Assembly (NCBI GenBank): GCA_013239625.1
Contig: MU053304.1
Coordinates: 2,914,001-2,978,000, forward strand
DNA from: Lama guanicoe
Lineage: Eukaryota
Reading direction: 5' to 3'
Length of the DNA stretch: 64,000 nucleotides
The notes under the pieces are model-generated. The model ran no database searches. It was not told the DNA's origin and was given only the letters and a program-made list of their open reading frames with translations. This document shows, piece after piece, positions 26,390-40,089 of this stretch (the first letter of the stretch is position 1; the number at the start of each line of letters is the position of its first letter). Both the position numbers and the translations under genes were made by a program.

Positions 26390-26572
26390 CTTCTAGTGTG
26401 GTCCACATACAATTTGTATTGGAATTCCCTGGGGTGGTTGTTTAAAATGCAGGTTTCTGGCCCTCCCTGCAGAACCACTGAATCATAATCTTAGGGGAGG
26501 ATGCTCTGGGTGTCTTTATTTTAAACAGCACTGCCCCCCAATAATTCTGTGTATGCAGGCCAGGTTGCTTCA
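26390..26572. mobile_element. MER5A-like MITE
   Basis: tttaaaatgcaggtttctgggccc...actgaatca...ttttaaaca...caggttg pattern. Confidence 0.65.
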
Positions 26573-26829
26573 ATGTGTTTTTTAAATGAATGGAGGGAGT
26601 CAGCAGAAAGAGATCAAATGAAGAGGTGGGAAAGCTGATAGTAATCCTGAAAAGGCGAAATGGGACATAGGACACCAGCAGAAGGATTAGCCTTAAAGGA
26701 AGATTCCACCTGTGTCCTAAGACACCCCTCACTGTGGCGGAGATTCATGCTCAGCAGAGTATCCAGTGAGGTTCCCCTGAAGAAGTGTGTTTTGTGCCTG
26801 CACTCTTAGTAATATCTTACCACCTACAG

Positions 26830-27015
26830 TGACAGCCTTGATGCCAGAGATGCACCAGAGGCGGAAGTCTCAACAGAAGGCAGAGCCCCCGATGAGGTCC
26901 CCAACCCTCCCGGCAGCAGTGGGGACAGCACGGACAGCTGGTCCCAGCTCGCCAATGAGGAGGACAACCCAGATGACACGAGCAGCTTCCTGCAGCTCAG
27001 TGAGCGATCCATGAG
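26830..27015 (+). CDS. SPHKAP: SPHKAP coding exon (probably exon 8), 186 nt
   Basis: cacctacag|T ... ATGAG|gtacct. Reads DSLDARDAPEAEVSTEGRAPDEVPNPPGSSGDSTDSWSQLANEEDNPDDTSSFLQLSERSM, phase 2-2. This is a different frame from the ORF listed at 26787. Confidence 0.93.
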
Positions 27016-28875
27016 GTACCTGCTCTTTAACGGACTTAGCAGGGAAACAGGTCTCAACCCAGATTCCAGAAATGCATTTTAAATTGTTCTCTGTAAAGGG
27101 TCGCTAACAGAGAGAGCAAAAAAGGAAAGCTCCCACTAGGACGAAGTGACGGCCTGTCATGATCTGTGCCGAGAGCTATCTTAATATCCAGCCTTGGCTT
27201 CAGTTACCTTGACCAAGGTTCCGAGTCAGATATGGTCTCTTCTCTGCAAGTTCCAACTAGTGCATTCAGTGAGGACAACTGTGAACTTTTAATAAGAGCT
27301 GCTATTACACCCGGTGTGTTTGATACTTTCTGGTTCATTTGATACTTTCTGATTCATTTGTATTTCAGATGCAAGACAGGCTGGGTTTACATGAGGCAAG
27401 TGTTTCCACACCGCGTTGCGTTGTTTGGCCTGGCTGTTCCTCCTCATCCCCTGCCCTGCCTCTGTATTGTTTCCCCAGAAAAGCTAGAGAATGGCCAAAG
27501 ACAGATCAGATTTGGGAGGACCTGAGCCAATTAGGAGACACCCACTAAACACTATTCCTGTCTGAGGTGAAAATGAAAAGAATCTTCACATTTCTGCCCA
27601 AAATTTCATCTGATACTGGAGCAACAAGTCCGCAGACTTTCCAAAGCCAATTGGAAAATGGGCTTCAGATGCATCTGGGTGTGTGGCTCCCTGAAAGTTT
27701 TATTTCTGGCAGTTCAGTCTGCTTAGACTTAGGAGAATCTCACATTGTTAAACAATTTATCTAACATTTCAAAAACTGGTGGGAAATGTTTTGATATAGA
27801 GACAAAAAGCAAAGAAAATTTGAATCTTTGGACTTCGCATAAGCTTATACAGTTAATTAGCTCCAGCGCAACATTTGCATTATCAGAATTCAATCAGTGA
27901 ATACATTCAGTACCCCACGCGAAACCCAAGACAAGAATTTGAAATGAGGGGGTTTAGTTGCTTATTCATGGAACTCCTCAAGGAAGGCTGTCCCATTATG
28001 TGATACTCCAGCACTCACCATTTGAAAACCTTACTTGCAAAAGACGTCACTGGAAAACAGATAGGGTACGAGGAAACTCAGTGAGCTTGGTGAAGTTGGA
28101 TGCATTCCATTTTGCAAGTACGGACAGAGCCTAAATATGGGCTCAACTCTACTGTGTTTTAGTAAATAAATTCCAAGCTAGTAACTAGACCATATGTGGA
28201 TTGTGCAACCTACAAAAATGATGCAATATGTGATCCCTTCTCCGCAACACCTGAAGTACAAGGTGTTGCTCCTCCTCAGAGATTTTAAGATAAAGGGGCT
28301 ATAAAACTTGGCATTGGCCAACTTTGTACTTGTAAATCCTGTGGTCCCTTAGGAAAAAGAAGTAAGCCAAATGCATATCCAATGGAATGTCCCTCAGAAA
28401 AATCCCCTGAATGGCAAAGGGATAACAGAACCTGCATGAACTGGTTTCTATAAAAAGCCAGGAAGCAGGCAGATAAGCATGACCATATCTCCCCACAGTC
28501 AGCATTCTCACAAGTTTCTTAGTCTCTGCAGGTACATCCAAGGAGTCTCTTGCTGACAGATAAACATCCTATCTGTTAGTAGAATGGCGGAGGAAGGGTT
28601 GTGATCCACTAGGTGTGACCTGCCCCAGGTATGATTCCACTGCAGAAATGCCAAATGACGATGATGATGATAATGATTGGCATGAGCCATAAATGTCTTT
28701 TGCTGTGTTCTCCCCTGATTTGGCCAGAAATAAATATCAGTTTAGGAGCCCTTGACACAAAACAGCATTCTTCTGGGGACCAAAGAAAGGACCTCTGAGA
28801 ACGGCGGAGCATCAGTGCCGCAGTGCGGCCAGGTGGTGCAGACCCGCATTAATGTGTAAACTTTTGCTTTGTCAG

Positions 28876-28962
28876 CAATGGCAACAGCAGTGCCACTAGC
28901 AGTCTTGGCATTATGGACCTGGACACTTATCAGGAAAGCATGCCATCTTCTCCCATGATTAA
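28876..28962 (+). CDS. SPHKAP: SPHKAP coding exon (probably exon 9), 87 nt, symmetric cassette
   Basis: cttttgctttgtcag|C ... ATTAA|gtaagt. Reads NGNSSATSSLGIMDLDTYQESMPSSPMI, phase 2-2. Confidence 0.9.
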
Positions 28963-31135
28963 GTAAGTAGCCACTGAGATGCAGTGCTTGTGAGACCACG
29001 ACTCCAGTTCCATCTGGCAATCCATTTTGATCATTCAGGCTGTGCCCAGCCACTAGTTTCATCGTGTCTGTGCTGCCGTGGTTCCCAGGCATGTGTGGTT
29101 TCATGTCGCTGGAGTAAGAACTCAGGCTTGCAGCGCCCCACCCTACCTCCACCTGCTTTCTTGATTGCAAATCTGCCCCCTATGGTATAATCATTTTGGA
29201 TAAAGCTTATGCATATAACCAGACACATATATCACTTTACCTAGCTGGACACAGAGGAGCAAACATCCCTGTGAATTGTATCATGCCAACCAGCAAAGAC
29301 TATTGTTCAATAGAGTAGAGTGTGAACGGCTTGTCCCTTACTTGTAAACACCTGGGATTATCGCCACTAAAATGTCAAATGCCAAATGGTGCCATGATAA
29401 GGATGTGTCATTTTTACATCCACTCCCCACAATGTGAGGCCCTTCTGAAAAGACCAAGGGAAAAACTACAATTTTATGGCATAAAATGTGATGCATAAAG
29501 GGAGGGCAACTCGAGGTCAGGACGACATCTAGAATTTGTCATTGCTCTGGAAAATTAAATACACTGAAATCTATTTTTGACCATTATGACTTAGCTTATT
29601 ATTTGGAGATTTCAGAAATTTCAGAAAAATGAAGTATAGGGCTAAAGTTGCTCCCTGACCTGTTTTTTCAATCACTCTCTACAGCTAAGGCATTTTTATT
29701 TCACTATTTAATCAGGTGTCCTGCCTGCGGGAATATTTATCACTGATTAAAGGTTGCCATGCATCCTTTACTCCACACAACCGTCCATCATTCACACGCA
29801 GAGACAAACATACACATTATCTTGGGGTTTTTGTTTTGTTTTGTTTTTTTAAAGGGAACAAAACAAACAAAAACTTCTTCGGGGGTAAATTAACTTTTTT
29901 CCTTCAGGAAACATTTGTTTAGCTATTTTGTCCATTATTTCCCCCAATATGAGCCTAGGACTGCACAGACTACATGTATTCAGGAAAAAACTAAGACAGC
30001 TTCCACCCATATTGGCAACTAGCAGCTCCATGAAGCAGAAACTGTATCTACCCCGTTTCATTTCACTGATGTCACTCAGATAGAGGTCTGGCAGAAAAGT
30101 CAGACCCTTGAGAAATTGCCGTTTTTCTACAAATAATTGGGTGTGCATGAAAGAACAACTATAATCTCTCTCGACGTGAGAAATATAATGGAATGTGTTA
30201 GCTAGATCTTAGTCATAACAGAGAGTATAAGGGAGAATCCTCTCCCATAAAAAGGTGTATTTTCAAGAGCACCTGCATTTTAATTTCTAGACAGGACGAA
30301 AATACAGGACAGCCATGGGCTCCCCGAGGTGGTCACTCCCTTTCAGCTGTTGGGCCATATACTCTCATTTTAGAAGCATTTACTGAGTCCTCTCTCTATT
30401 TATAAGGCTCCCTATTAAGTAGTCATTATATGAAAACGCCTCAGATATTGAATGTGACTATATTTAACGAAATTCTCACTTCAGTTGCGTCTCTGGTTCT
30501 AAACCACCCCCAGCCTACTACATCTTCCCAATAAAAAGAAAGAAAAAGAACATTTTCAACTGAGATATTTTGTTGTACAACTTAAGTTCTAAAGTTTGAG
30601 ATTCTCTTTTCCCTTATTTCAAGTCAAAGAACCATATATATGTAGAAAAATATTTTCCTCAACTAAAATGCAAATTTATGTTGCTATCATAGTATAGAAA
30701 AAAAATCACTGTATCAAGAAAGAAATATTTGGTCCTTTAAATGACACGTAAAATACAGGAGAAGGCTAGGTCCTCAAATCATACCTAGTTTTTTACAAAG
30801 TCCTTCCTTGACTGTTCAAACTCGTGGAGGTTTATGGAAGGGAGGTTGAGAAAAAGAGAGGGCATTTCTTAGCGTCTCCCACATCCATTATCCCAACTAA
30901 AACCATGCAGTTTATATGTCCTTTTTTTAGGGGCAGGGTTATTTATTACAGATCTCGTAGTCCTATATAATAGCCATGTTGTTATTTCCCTAGTAACACT
31001 TTATTCTACAAAAAAAATGATAAATATATGAAACTCCAGAAGCTTATAGATCAATAAGACCCATCGCTTCATCTTCCATTTACAGCTTATTCTTCCTAAA
31101 CATTATCAACCATATACTGTTGTTTTCTCCCAAAG

Positions 31136-31188
31136 TGAATTAGTAGAAGAAAAGGAGATTCTTAGAGGACAGTCAGAAAACATAGAGG
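31136..31188 (+). CDS. SPHKAP: SPHKAP coding exon (probably exon 10), 53 nt
   Basis: tgttttctcccaaag|T ... GAGG|gtaagc. Reads ELVEEKEILRGQSENIE, phase 2 to 1, bridging exactly to the next exon. Confidence 0.9.
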
Positions 31189-31280
31189 GTAAGCCACATT
31201 CCCGTAATTTTGAGACACAATTTGCCTGTGGTCTTCCCCCCCGGAAAGCATAGTAAGGCTGCGCTTGTGTCTGTGCTCAG

Positions 31281-31465
31281 AAAATGCCCCTGGAATGCCC
31301 GTGGGAGCTGCCAGCCGCCAGAGGAGCCTGCTGGTGATCAACTTTGACCTGGAGCCAGAGTGTCCTGACGCTGAGCTTCGAGCCACTCTGCAGTGGATCG
31401 CTGCCTCTGAGCTCGGGATCCCCACCATCTATTTTAAGAAATCTCAGGAAAACAGAATCGAAAAG
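31281..31465 (+). CDS. SPHKAP: SPHKAP coding exon (probably exon 11), 185 nt, AKAP3/AKAP4-like C-terminal domain
   Basis: ctgtgctcag|AA ... AAG|gtacca. Reads NAPGMPVGAASRQRSLLVINFDLEPECPDAELRATLQWIAASELGIPTIYFKKSQENRIEK; LQWIAAS is the family motif. Confidence 0.95.
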
Positions 31466-32134
31466 GTACCACATTCCCTGTTTGGATGTCATAAGGTTCT
31501 GTGTTTTTGTCGCTGCTTGAATCTCAGTGAATGCCCTGTTAACTATTTATTCTTGAACTTTTCACCTTAAAATTGTGACTAGAACTTTGAAACCTTCCGC
31601 CTGCATAAATATAACCATAATAATTGTTTCTTTGGCCGCAAGTTTGTCTCAGCTACTTGGTATTGTTGAGAAAGTGAACTGAGGAGATGGGATCTTTTTC
31701 AGAGTCTGTTATATTTGTGTGTACTTCCTTGCTCTGGAAACCTCTTTATAACACTCATTTAAATAAAAGGTCAAGGAGCAAAGGCTTGATATATAGAAAC
31801 CAAAGTGAGGTCACACTGATAATTAAAACACACTGTGGCATGGCGTCAAAGAGAGGCATTTTAAATTCCCTACAGAACGGATTTGCATTGGATGGACTTT
31901 CTCATTATTATGCTCCACCTACCAGAAATATGAAGCTAAGGAATAGATCCTTGGCCAGCATCTAATTTAATAGCAACTCTCATTTTAATTCCCTTTCTCT
32001 AGGGTCTACCTTCTACTGCTGTTGAATTTCAGTTATTCAGATTAAAAAAAAATCAATTTGCCCATGTCTTCATGCTAAATTTTCCATAATTTACAAGTAT
32101 GCTTTTTTAAAAAGTCAAATTAATAATAACGTTG

Positions 32135-32712
32135 TTATATTAGTTTTCTAGTGCTGTGTTACAAACTGCCACAAATCTACTAGCTTAAAACAACAATACT
32201 CAACTCTGTTGCCAGAAGTTTGGGTGAATTCTGTGCTCTCTGCTCATGGATTTAAAGGCAGAAATCAAGATGTTAGTTCAGCTGGGAACTTATCTTGAAG
32301 GTGTGAAGAGAAATGAGTTTCCGTACTTGTTTCAGTTGTTTTCTTAATTCAGTTCCTTGTGGTTGTAGGACTGAAGTCCTGGTTCCCTTGCTATCAGCCA
32401 AGGTTCACTCTCAGCTTCTAGAAGCTGCCCGCATTTCTTATCATGCGGCCCTTCCATGTTCTCATGCTGCCCATCTTTCTCACTTCTTTGCCACTAGCCA
32501 GAGAAAACATTTTGCTTTTAAAGGATTCATGCAATTGGATTAGGTTTGCCACATAGTCTCTGTTTTGATTAACTCAAAATTAACTGAAGATTCCTTTTTG
32601 CCATGTAAGATAACACAATCAGGGCATAATTTTCTCATCCTATTCATAGTCCTGGAGATTAGGACCAAAAATCTTGGGAGCTGATTTAGGATACTGCCTA
32701 TCGCTGCCACTG
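32135..32712 (-). mobile_element. MaLR LTR (MLT1 family)
   Basis: tattagttttct...acaaactgccacaaa...gcttaaaacaac, cagttccttgtggttgtaggactgaagtcc, and ...ctgccta end. Confidence 0.75.
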
Positions 32713-34904
32713 TGCATTCTTTTAATGTCTTACTGTCACAAAGTACTTCCCCATATTTATTACACCTGATCACAACAACCCTGTGAGTAGGACAGAATGG
32801 ATATCATTGTCCCTTTTTTGACTGATGAGCAAGTCAGGACCCAGAGAGACTGATCCACGAGAGAGTCCTCAGACAGTGGTAGCTGAATCTAGTCCTGGAA
32901 CCCGGCTTTCTCCACAAATACCTCTCGATAGTGTGTCTCTCCCAAGTTAAACTGCCTTGGAGTTACAATCTAGATTTTTTGAATGTATAGTTACATTTTA
33001 ATTCTGACTGCCAAAATCTAGCAGCCTGAAATGAAATGTCCTTTACCCTCTTGCGCAGGCACATGGTAATTAGAACAGCTTCTCAATGTCCACATCACCA
33101 GCCAATGGGATTGGCTCCTGGAGAAATCAAGAAGGAGTCCTAATTTGTCTTCCATGCCCTCTTCCACGTCAACCTCTCTCTCCAACCAGTAATTCGTATT
33201 TCCCTTCATGCCTAGACTGCCTACAATTCCACACCATCTGAATCTAAATACCATCCTATACTTGTCATATTTTTAATTGCAAGGTGATGAGACGTTCACT
33301 ACTTGATAAATTCTCCTTGCATCTTACCATCCAGCTTGCCCAGTGGGAAGGGTGCCATCAAAGAGCATTTCACATTGACCCCTCCCTCCTGCCATACACA
33401 GTCCCCAAGATCCCCATCATGAGGAAGAGAAATAGAACGTTCTCAGCCAGAGTACATGCTCAGTTTCCTGGAAAAATGAAAGGCAGGTTGGTTCCCAGCT
33501 ATTTCACCAGCCTCTCCCTGAATAAAAGCATCACATGATATATTTTCAGATGGTCTCTTAATGGAGAATATTTTTTATACAATTTACCATTTTGAGGAAA
33601 CAATGCAACACTCTCTGTGAATATGTCTCATAAATTCCCATTGGTTGAAAGGACAAGGGATGTGTCACTAACACCTCAATTGTGTAAATGATGCTTTGAC
33701 TTGATATGTATTTATCCCCACTGATTTTCAGTTCTCAGTGAGGATGCCTGTCTTTGCTTATAACTATTTTTCTAAGAAAACAAATGTTCCACTAGTGTTA
33801 CCAAGATAACATTAAATGATGTTTCACTCCTTCTATTTAGCATCAGCTCAAGGAACTTATTTCTAAGTAATGTCATTTTAGGGACTGGATCTTCTAACTT
33901 TTTTTCAGAGTCAATTAAAGTTCTTCCCACAGAGTGACTTCTCCACCAATGGGCACTGCCTGTACCCAGTTTTGTGGCAGAACTGGCTAAATAAAGCATA
34001 CCCTTATGCAAAATTTTGATATCCCTTTTTTTTATCAATAGTGCATTTGGAGATTCTTTCTGATTGCTTTTTAATTAGCCAGGAAGTTAAGGGGCCATTT
34101 TCAAGTGATGTGGAAGAGACACTGGCTTCCCACTGGGGAGGCTGTGTTGCTTGAAAGCAGCAGCGTCTCATTAGCTTCTCATCAGCTCAGAGAAGGTTAA
34201 AGAAATGTCTCTGTTCAGTTCAGCAATGACATTTCCCTGCTGTCACTAGAGTCTGAAACACCATTCACAGATGTTACCCTGAGTTCCTATTTGTGTAAAG
34301 GGTGAATTTTTTTGGATAAATTAATTTAGCCAGCACATCTCCCTGGATGGTATTCTCAACTTAATAACCCTCCTGCCTTGTGAAAAAAAGCAGGTGTGAG
34401 CTAAAGGGAAGAGGATGTCATGACCAAATACTAAAGCAACTCATCTTTCCCACCACTGCCTGTGAACTTGGCCTTGGAGCTGAAGGCACTTCATGTCAGC
34501 TTTATAACTATGTCCAGCCTTATTTCAATTCAAAAGGCAAATTCCAAGCCTTCTGGTTCCCCAGTGTACTGTTACTCCTCTCTGATAAATGACACCTTCA
34601 TTTCCAAGCTTTCTCCTTCAATGTTCTGTCTAATCATTAAAATGCTAAGTCCACTTCAATGTCGTCCATTCAGAACATTCATCAAAAGTTTATCAAACAT
34701 GGACAACATGCCAAGCACTGTGCTATGGGGAGACAGGGAACAAAAGAGACGAAATGTTCTACCCTTTTGGAGTCCACATTCAGGTTCAGGAGGAACCCAG
34801 GTAGAGAGAACTTAAACCAAGGCTTTGTAAAGACTGAATGTGAAATGTGATGGGAGCTTATTCTGGACAAGGGAAATGCGAAACACACCGATAAACGGCA
34901 TCTC

Positions 34905-35075
34905 ACCCTGTGACCATGAGCCAAATACACAGAATCACCTGGGACACTTGTTTACAATTCATATTCCTAGGCCCCTTCTTAGAACCCACTTTCTAAGAAT
35001 GGGGCCCAGAAACATGCATTTTTAACAACTTTCCTCAAATGCAGTGATTCTGATGAACACTGAAATCGGAGACTC
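34905..35075. mobile_element. MER5-like MITE
   Basis: cagaatcacctggga...ggggcccagaaacatgcatttttaacaa...gtgattctgatg. Confidence 0.65.
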
Positions 35076-35706
35076 CCTTCCATAAGAAATATCCTACAGG
35101 AGAAGCAGAATTTGAGGTGGCTTTTAAATATGTTCAATTCCAAAGGAAATATTGCTAAGAATCCTAGCACCTGAAAATCGAAAACAGTTTGTAAATTTAA
35201 TTCACAATGACCTTGACATCAATTAAATTTAATCTATTTAATTCAAGGCAGAAAAAAACAATGAGGGCAATTTGGAGATATATATATATCAGTTGACTAA
35301 TTGTTCTGCTTTTTTAATCCAAAGCATTATTTCCCTCCAACTCTTTTACTTCTGTTTAAATTCAGTGAGCTCCTGTGAGCTGGAATGGGCTGGTCTCACA
35401 GCAAATCAGGTGCCCTTCTCATCTTTAAGCCTGTTTTGAGAATTACTTCCTTTTCTTGAAGGCAGCACATAGAACAGAATGTGCAAAGAGAAACAGATGT
35501 GTACTTACCTTCCTAAGAAAGTGGGGTTCAGAAAAGGAGTCGCCTCACTTTTAATTTCTTCTTCCTTTCCACGTGCAAAGTTGTGGAAAGAGAAAATGTT
35601 GATGGCATTTGCTGTTAACCTAACTTTCCCCAAAAAACTACACTTGAAGTCTCAGATTTGAAAAACTACATGACAAATGAAGGAAAAATAAGGAAGATTT
35701 GGATAC

Positions 35707-36028
35707 TGTAACAGCTCAGGCTGCCATAACAAAAGATCGTAAACAACAGACATTTATTTCTCTCAGTTCTGGGAGCTGGGAAGTCTCAGATCAAGGCGCC
35801 AGCAGGTACATTTCCTGGTGAAGCGCCTCTTCCTCTCCGTGTCCTTGCATGGCAGAGAGAAAGCTCTGGTGTCTCTTCCTTTTCTTATAAGGATGTGAAG
35901 CCCCATCCCCAGGACCTTATCTAAATCTAATTATTTCCCAAAGGCCCCACCTCCTAATACCATCATATTTGTCTTTGAGGGCTTCAGGATATAAATTGTG
36001 GGGTGACACAAATATTCAGTCTATAACA
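35707..36028 (-). mobile_element. MaLR LTR (MLT1A/B/C-like)
   Basis: ctcaggctgccataacaaa...aaacaacagacatttatttctctcagttctgg...aaggccccacctcctaataccatca...attcagtctataaca. Confidence 0.8.
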
Positions 36029-36089
36029 GATACTGTCTCTTCATTTGTGACTGTAAGAAACATGTCTGTCTTGAACTGAAATCTTTTGT

Positions 36090-36252
36090 CATGGTTCTCA
36101 AATACAGTGTGACTAGAATAACTTGGGGAGATTTTATAGCCCCCAGTGCTCTGGGCAGTTAAATCAGAATCTCATCTTGGGATAAAACCCAGGCACTGGG
36201 GTTTTCTCAAGGTCCCCGGGGGTTCTAGGGTGCAGCCAAGGCTGAGAATCAT
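36090..36252. mobile_element. MER5-like MITE
   Basis: tggttctcaaa...aaatcagaatctc...gtgcagccaaggctgagaatca; inverted ends. Confidence 0.65.
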
Positions 36253-39200
36253 GACTCTCCAGGCCATCACCGCAGGAGCAATATAAAGACCAGCTCACTT
36301 GTGCTTAATGAAATGGAATTCTGCCTTGAAACCAAGGAAGGTAGCTGCTTTCAGAAATCGAAGTTGAATTTTTCCAAAAATCCACACAACTTGCACCAAT
36401 ATCCATGGATTCCACCACATACTTTTGTAAACAATTAATCTACTTTAGTAAATGCACCTGAGAATATAAAATGCATCTACCATGTCTTACTTTTCTTCAA
36501 ACAAGTCTAGCAATAATAATACCATCACAGGATGTCAATTCTTCTAGTTTCCTAAGACAAAACATTTGCTCAAGGAAATGCCAACCATGACACATGGGAG
36601 GGGAGCCTAATTATTACTGATTGTGAAATGGCAGGAAATAAATTTTTTTTTATTTTGATTTTTCAGTGCATTGGGAAGAAAAACTCAGATCCCTGACATA
36701 ACAAAGCTGATTATGAAATTACCAAGTCAGTGACATGGACAGACAAAATGGAAGATCTAGGACCAACGGCTAAATAGGTTTTATAAGGATGTGGTAATGA
36801 GCTAGAAATGTCCTTTTCTGCTTTCTTCACAAACGTAGTTTCATTCTTATCTAGATTTTTTTTAATGAAGGAAGAAAAGAAAGTTGTAAGACATTCCTGC
36901 TCATCAGCCCCACAGATATTTCAAGGTCTCAGAGTCTGAGATGAAGTCATCACAGCCTAAGAGCATGCTATATTTAGTGGGGCCAGATCATTTTTAAAAG
37001 TTGCTTTATTGGGATACCGTCCTGGATTTAGAAATCACGAGACAGATTCTAGTGTGTGACAATTCCACAAACTGCTAACAGAGGGGAAAAGCTGGTAGGG
37101 CATTTTGATAACTTTGGGCCAGTCGGCAACATCCTATGGTCATCACCACACTGGGAGATCCTCCTTCAGGAAGCCCCAAATAGATGGAAAGTAGCTACTG
37201 TTGGGCTTGCAGAAAGATCTCAAGCAGGCAGCCTTCTGGGAAAGGTTTAGCAAATGCTGGCATCTGCTCTAGAATATTGATTGTCTCTAAGAACAAAGGC
37301 TCAGAGATAAAAGCTGGGAATAATATGGCGGCCCAGTCAGCCGGTATGTACAGAAAGAAAAAAATAAAAATGCCATGTCTAAGTTTATATTTCTGTGTAG
37401 TTTATATTGACTGTGTCTAGGACATGTTAAGGAAGAGGAAGCACCCTCAAAGGACAAGTCTGGCCTAAGACCACTGATGACCTGGAGGGAAAAGTTGGAG
37501 AGAAGTCAGTGCTTATGAGCCTCTCTCAGTGAGACCCCACAAGCTTCGTGTTCAAGCATTCTCCACTGGGAACACCTACTTTCCAGGCTTTTAGTAAGAG
37601 CTGAAAAATCCTGATTAACCAAATCATGTGAAGACATCCTAGCCTTTCTCCCTTGTTCTCTGAGGCCTCTTGTTTTTAGCCCTTCGTCCAATGGAAAACA
37701 TGCCTGGGGTCTTTCTTACACACCAAGATACACGTAACAGCTCACAAAATTATTTTTATGCATCTCCATAAATTGCCAGTAGCCCCTTGGAATGTTCTGA
37801 GGGTATCTGCATTTTGAGCAAAGCCTTAACTTAAAAGATTAAGCTCTCTAAAATTTTAGGGATCTGACAGACAGAAGGCTAGAAAGAGTTGTGAGGGGAA
37901 ATCAGACAACTAGTAGTCTCTGAAGTTCTGTCAGTGGGACTGATAGAGCTGACTGCAGCTAACCTTCCATGGCTGTTGTAGTGACCAGGGAAGAGAGGTT
38001 GGGAGCACCCCACCCCCACGGCACACAGGCCTCCTCTCAGTCCCAGTGTGACGAGACAGATGCCCCACGACCAGTTTTTACTCTGCTCTTTGCCTGCTAC
38101 CATTTCCCCAGTCTAGGCTCTGCTCAGCCTTTGCCTAGATCCACGGCCTCCAACTATTTTTCAGAGCATCCCATCAATAGAAAATTTTTGAAGAAGCAGC
38201 CTCAAGATGTGCATGTCAATTTTTAAAATTATATATGTGCAAATCCATTATATGAAACTCAAGAATGAATAGACAAGGCTCATCTTCAGGGATTCTGAAT
38301 GTGTCTCCATATTTCAAATAGTCTTCTTGACCAGATCGAATGCATTTGCCTCATGTTTAGTTGTTCATTTCTTCTGTTATTTAGCACATATTTATTGAGC
38401 CCTTTAGGTGCAGGCGTGAGATGCTAAGAGGTGGCTGAGATGATGTCCTTCCCTGAGACATGACTATCCATAGTGTAGTTGCCATCAGCTTCCCATTGGT
38501 CTCCCTTTTTACATCATCTTGAAGCTCTTTGAGATAATGTTTATATTTGCACGTATTAAAAGTGAAGCATTTCATTCTCCAGCCTGGAAAATTGCTTTAT
38601 TCTAACTAAACCCACACAAGGCAAGTAAGCACAGTAACATACTGATTTCTATAACTGTGCAGTCATTGGTGCCATTACAGCTGGGAGAAGAAACATAATT
38701 TAATAGTAGTTCTCTGTAAGACAACGTCTCAGTAATTGGAATAATTAACACAGTCAAACCGAAGAGAGGGGAAAAGACCCCAAAAAAAATAGCATTCCAA
38801 TTTCTGACTGATCTTGAAAGTCTGAGCAAATGCAAAAAGAGCAGAGCAAAGAAATTCTGAGAGGAAACATTGAAGAAACAGTAACTGAACCTCATCCCTC
38901 ATCTTTTTTAGCAAAGAAGCTTTCTTCCTTATAAAACTGTACCAGATTTCCAACCTCCTTTCTCCCAGTATTGCAAATAAATATCAATGTCTTGTTTTCC
39001 TTCCACAAAAATACGCAGAGTGCTGTAGCACAAAGAGCCTCGGGCTGGGGTGCAAAAACACCATGCATCTTACTGCCGACTTCTCATCTCACAAGCTCGC
39101 AATATTTCACCTTTAAATGTCCGCTTTATAGGGTTGTTGACACAATTCAATGAGACACATGTGTGAAAGCACTTCCTACAGGTTTTGGTTCTTAGTAACT

Positions 39201-39945
39201 GTTATTTTTCTTTAGAAGTATCCGACGAAGGAGTTTTAGAAGCCTTCACGCTGGGCTTTATCCCATCGTTTCATGAAAGGAATGATCTATAATGATTTCC
39301 CCACCTTCCAAGTGCTTCAGCTGACAATTTACCTACAGTCAAAAACTTTCTAAGTTGTGGCCAGTTGACGTTGATACCGTTAACCAGGCGACAAATCTGG
39401 GATGGTTCCTCAGTCTTTCCTTTTCCTGTTCCAATGGAAAGCCAATGTCCCTTGAAACTCGATGATGAAGGAGGAAATTTTTCAAGGTGGAATGGGGAAC
39501 CAGTAAGTTACCCTACCCAAAAGTTCAGCATTTGATTTATTTGTCCTAAACGTATACATCCAATGAGAGATTATGTGTGACACAGATAGAAAGAAGTGGG
39601 AGCTACACTACACAGTCCTGTTAGAGTCTAACCCAGAGAAAAGCAGCTCTGAGGAAACTCTTGAAATAGCTAAGAGATGAACTCTTCAAAGAAGAAGAAT
39701 TCCACATAGTCTCCCCAAATCAACGGGTGGCAGCTGCTGTGAGGAAAATTTCAGTTCGGTTAAAAGAACTCTCTAATAATCTGAACTGCCTAAAAAGAAA
39801 GTCGACTGTCCTAGAATGTCATCCTCTGTCCCTAGAGATATTCAGAAACAACCTGGAGAGTCACTGGCTTTGGAGGAATGATTGGACGAGATGACTCTGA
39901 GGGTCCTCTGCGATGCGTGAGTCCTAACTCTGTGCTTTACTTCAG

Positions 39946-40089
39946 TTTCTAGATGTCGTGCGGCTGGTTCATCAGAAGTCCTGGAAAGTGGGGGATATCT
40001 TCCATGCGGTTGTTCAGTACTGCAAGATGGACGAGGAGCGGAAGGCTGGGGCCCCGAGTCTCTTTGACTGGCTACTGGAACTGGGATAG
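39946..40089 (+). CDS. SPHKAP: SPHKAP last coding exon (probably exon 12), stop TAG at 40087-40089
   Basis: Branch-like ctaac and tgctttacttcag|TTT. Reads FLDVVRLVHQKSWKVGDIFHAVVQYCKMDEERKAGAPSLFDWLLELG*. Not the frame of the ORF listed at 39953. Confidence 0.95.
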   Translation, partial: FLDVVRLVHQKSWKVGDIFHAVVQYCKMDEERKAGAPSLFDWLLELG

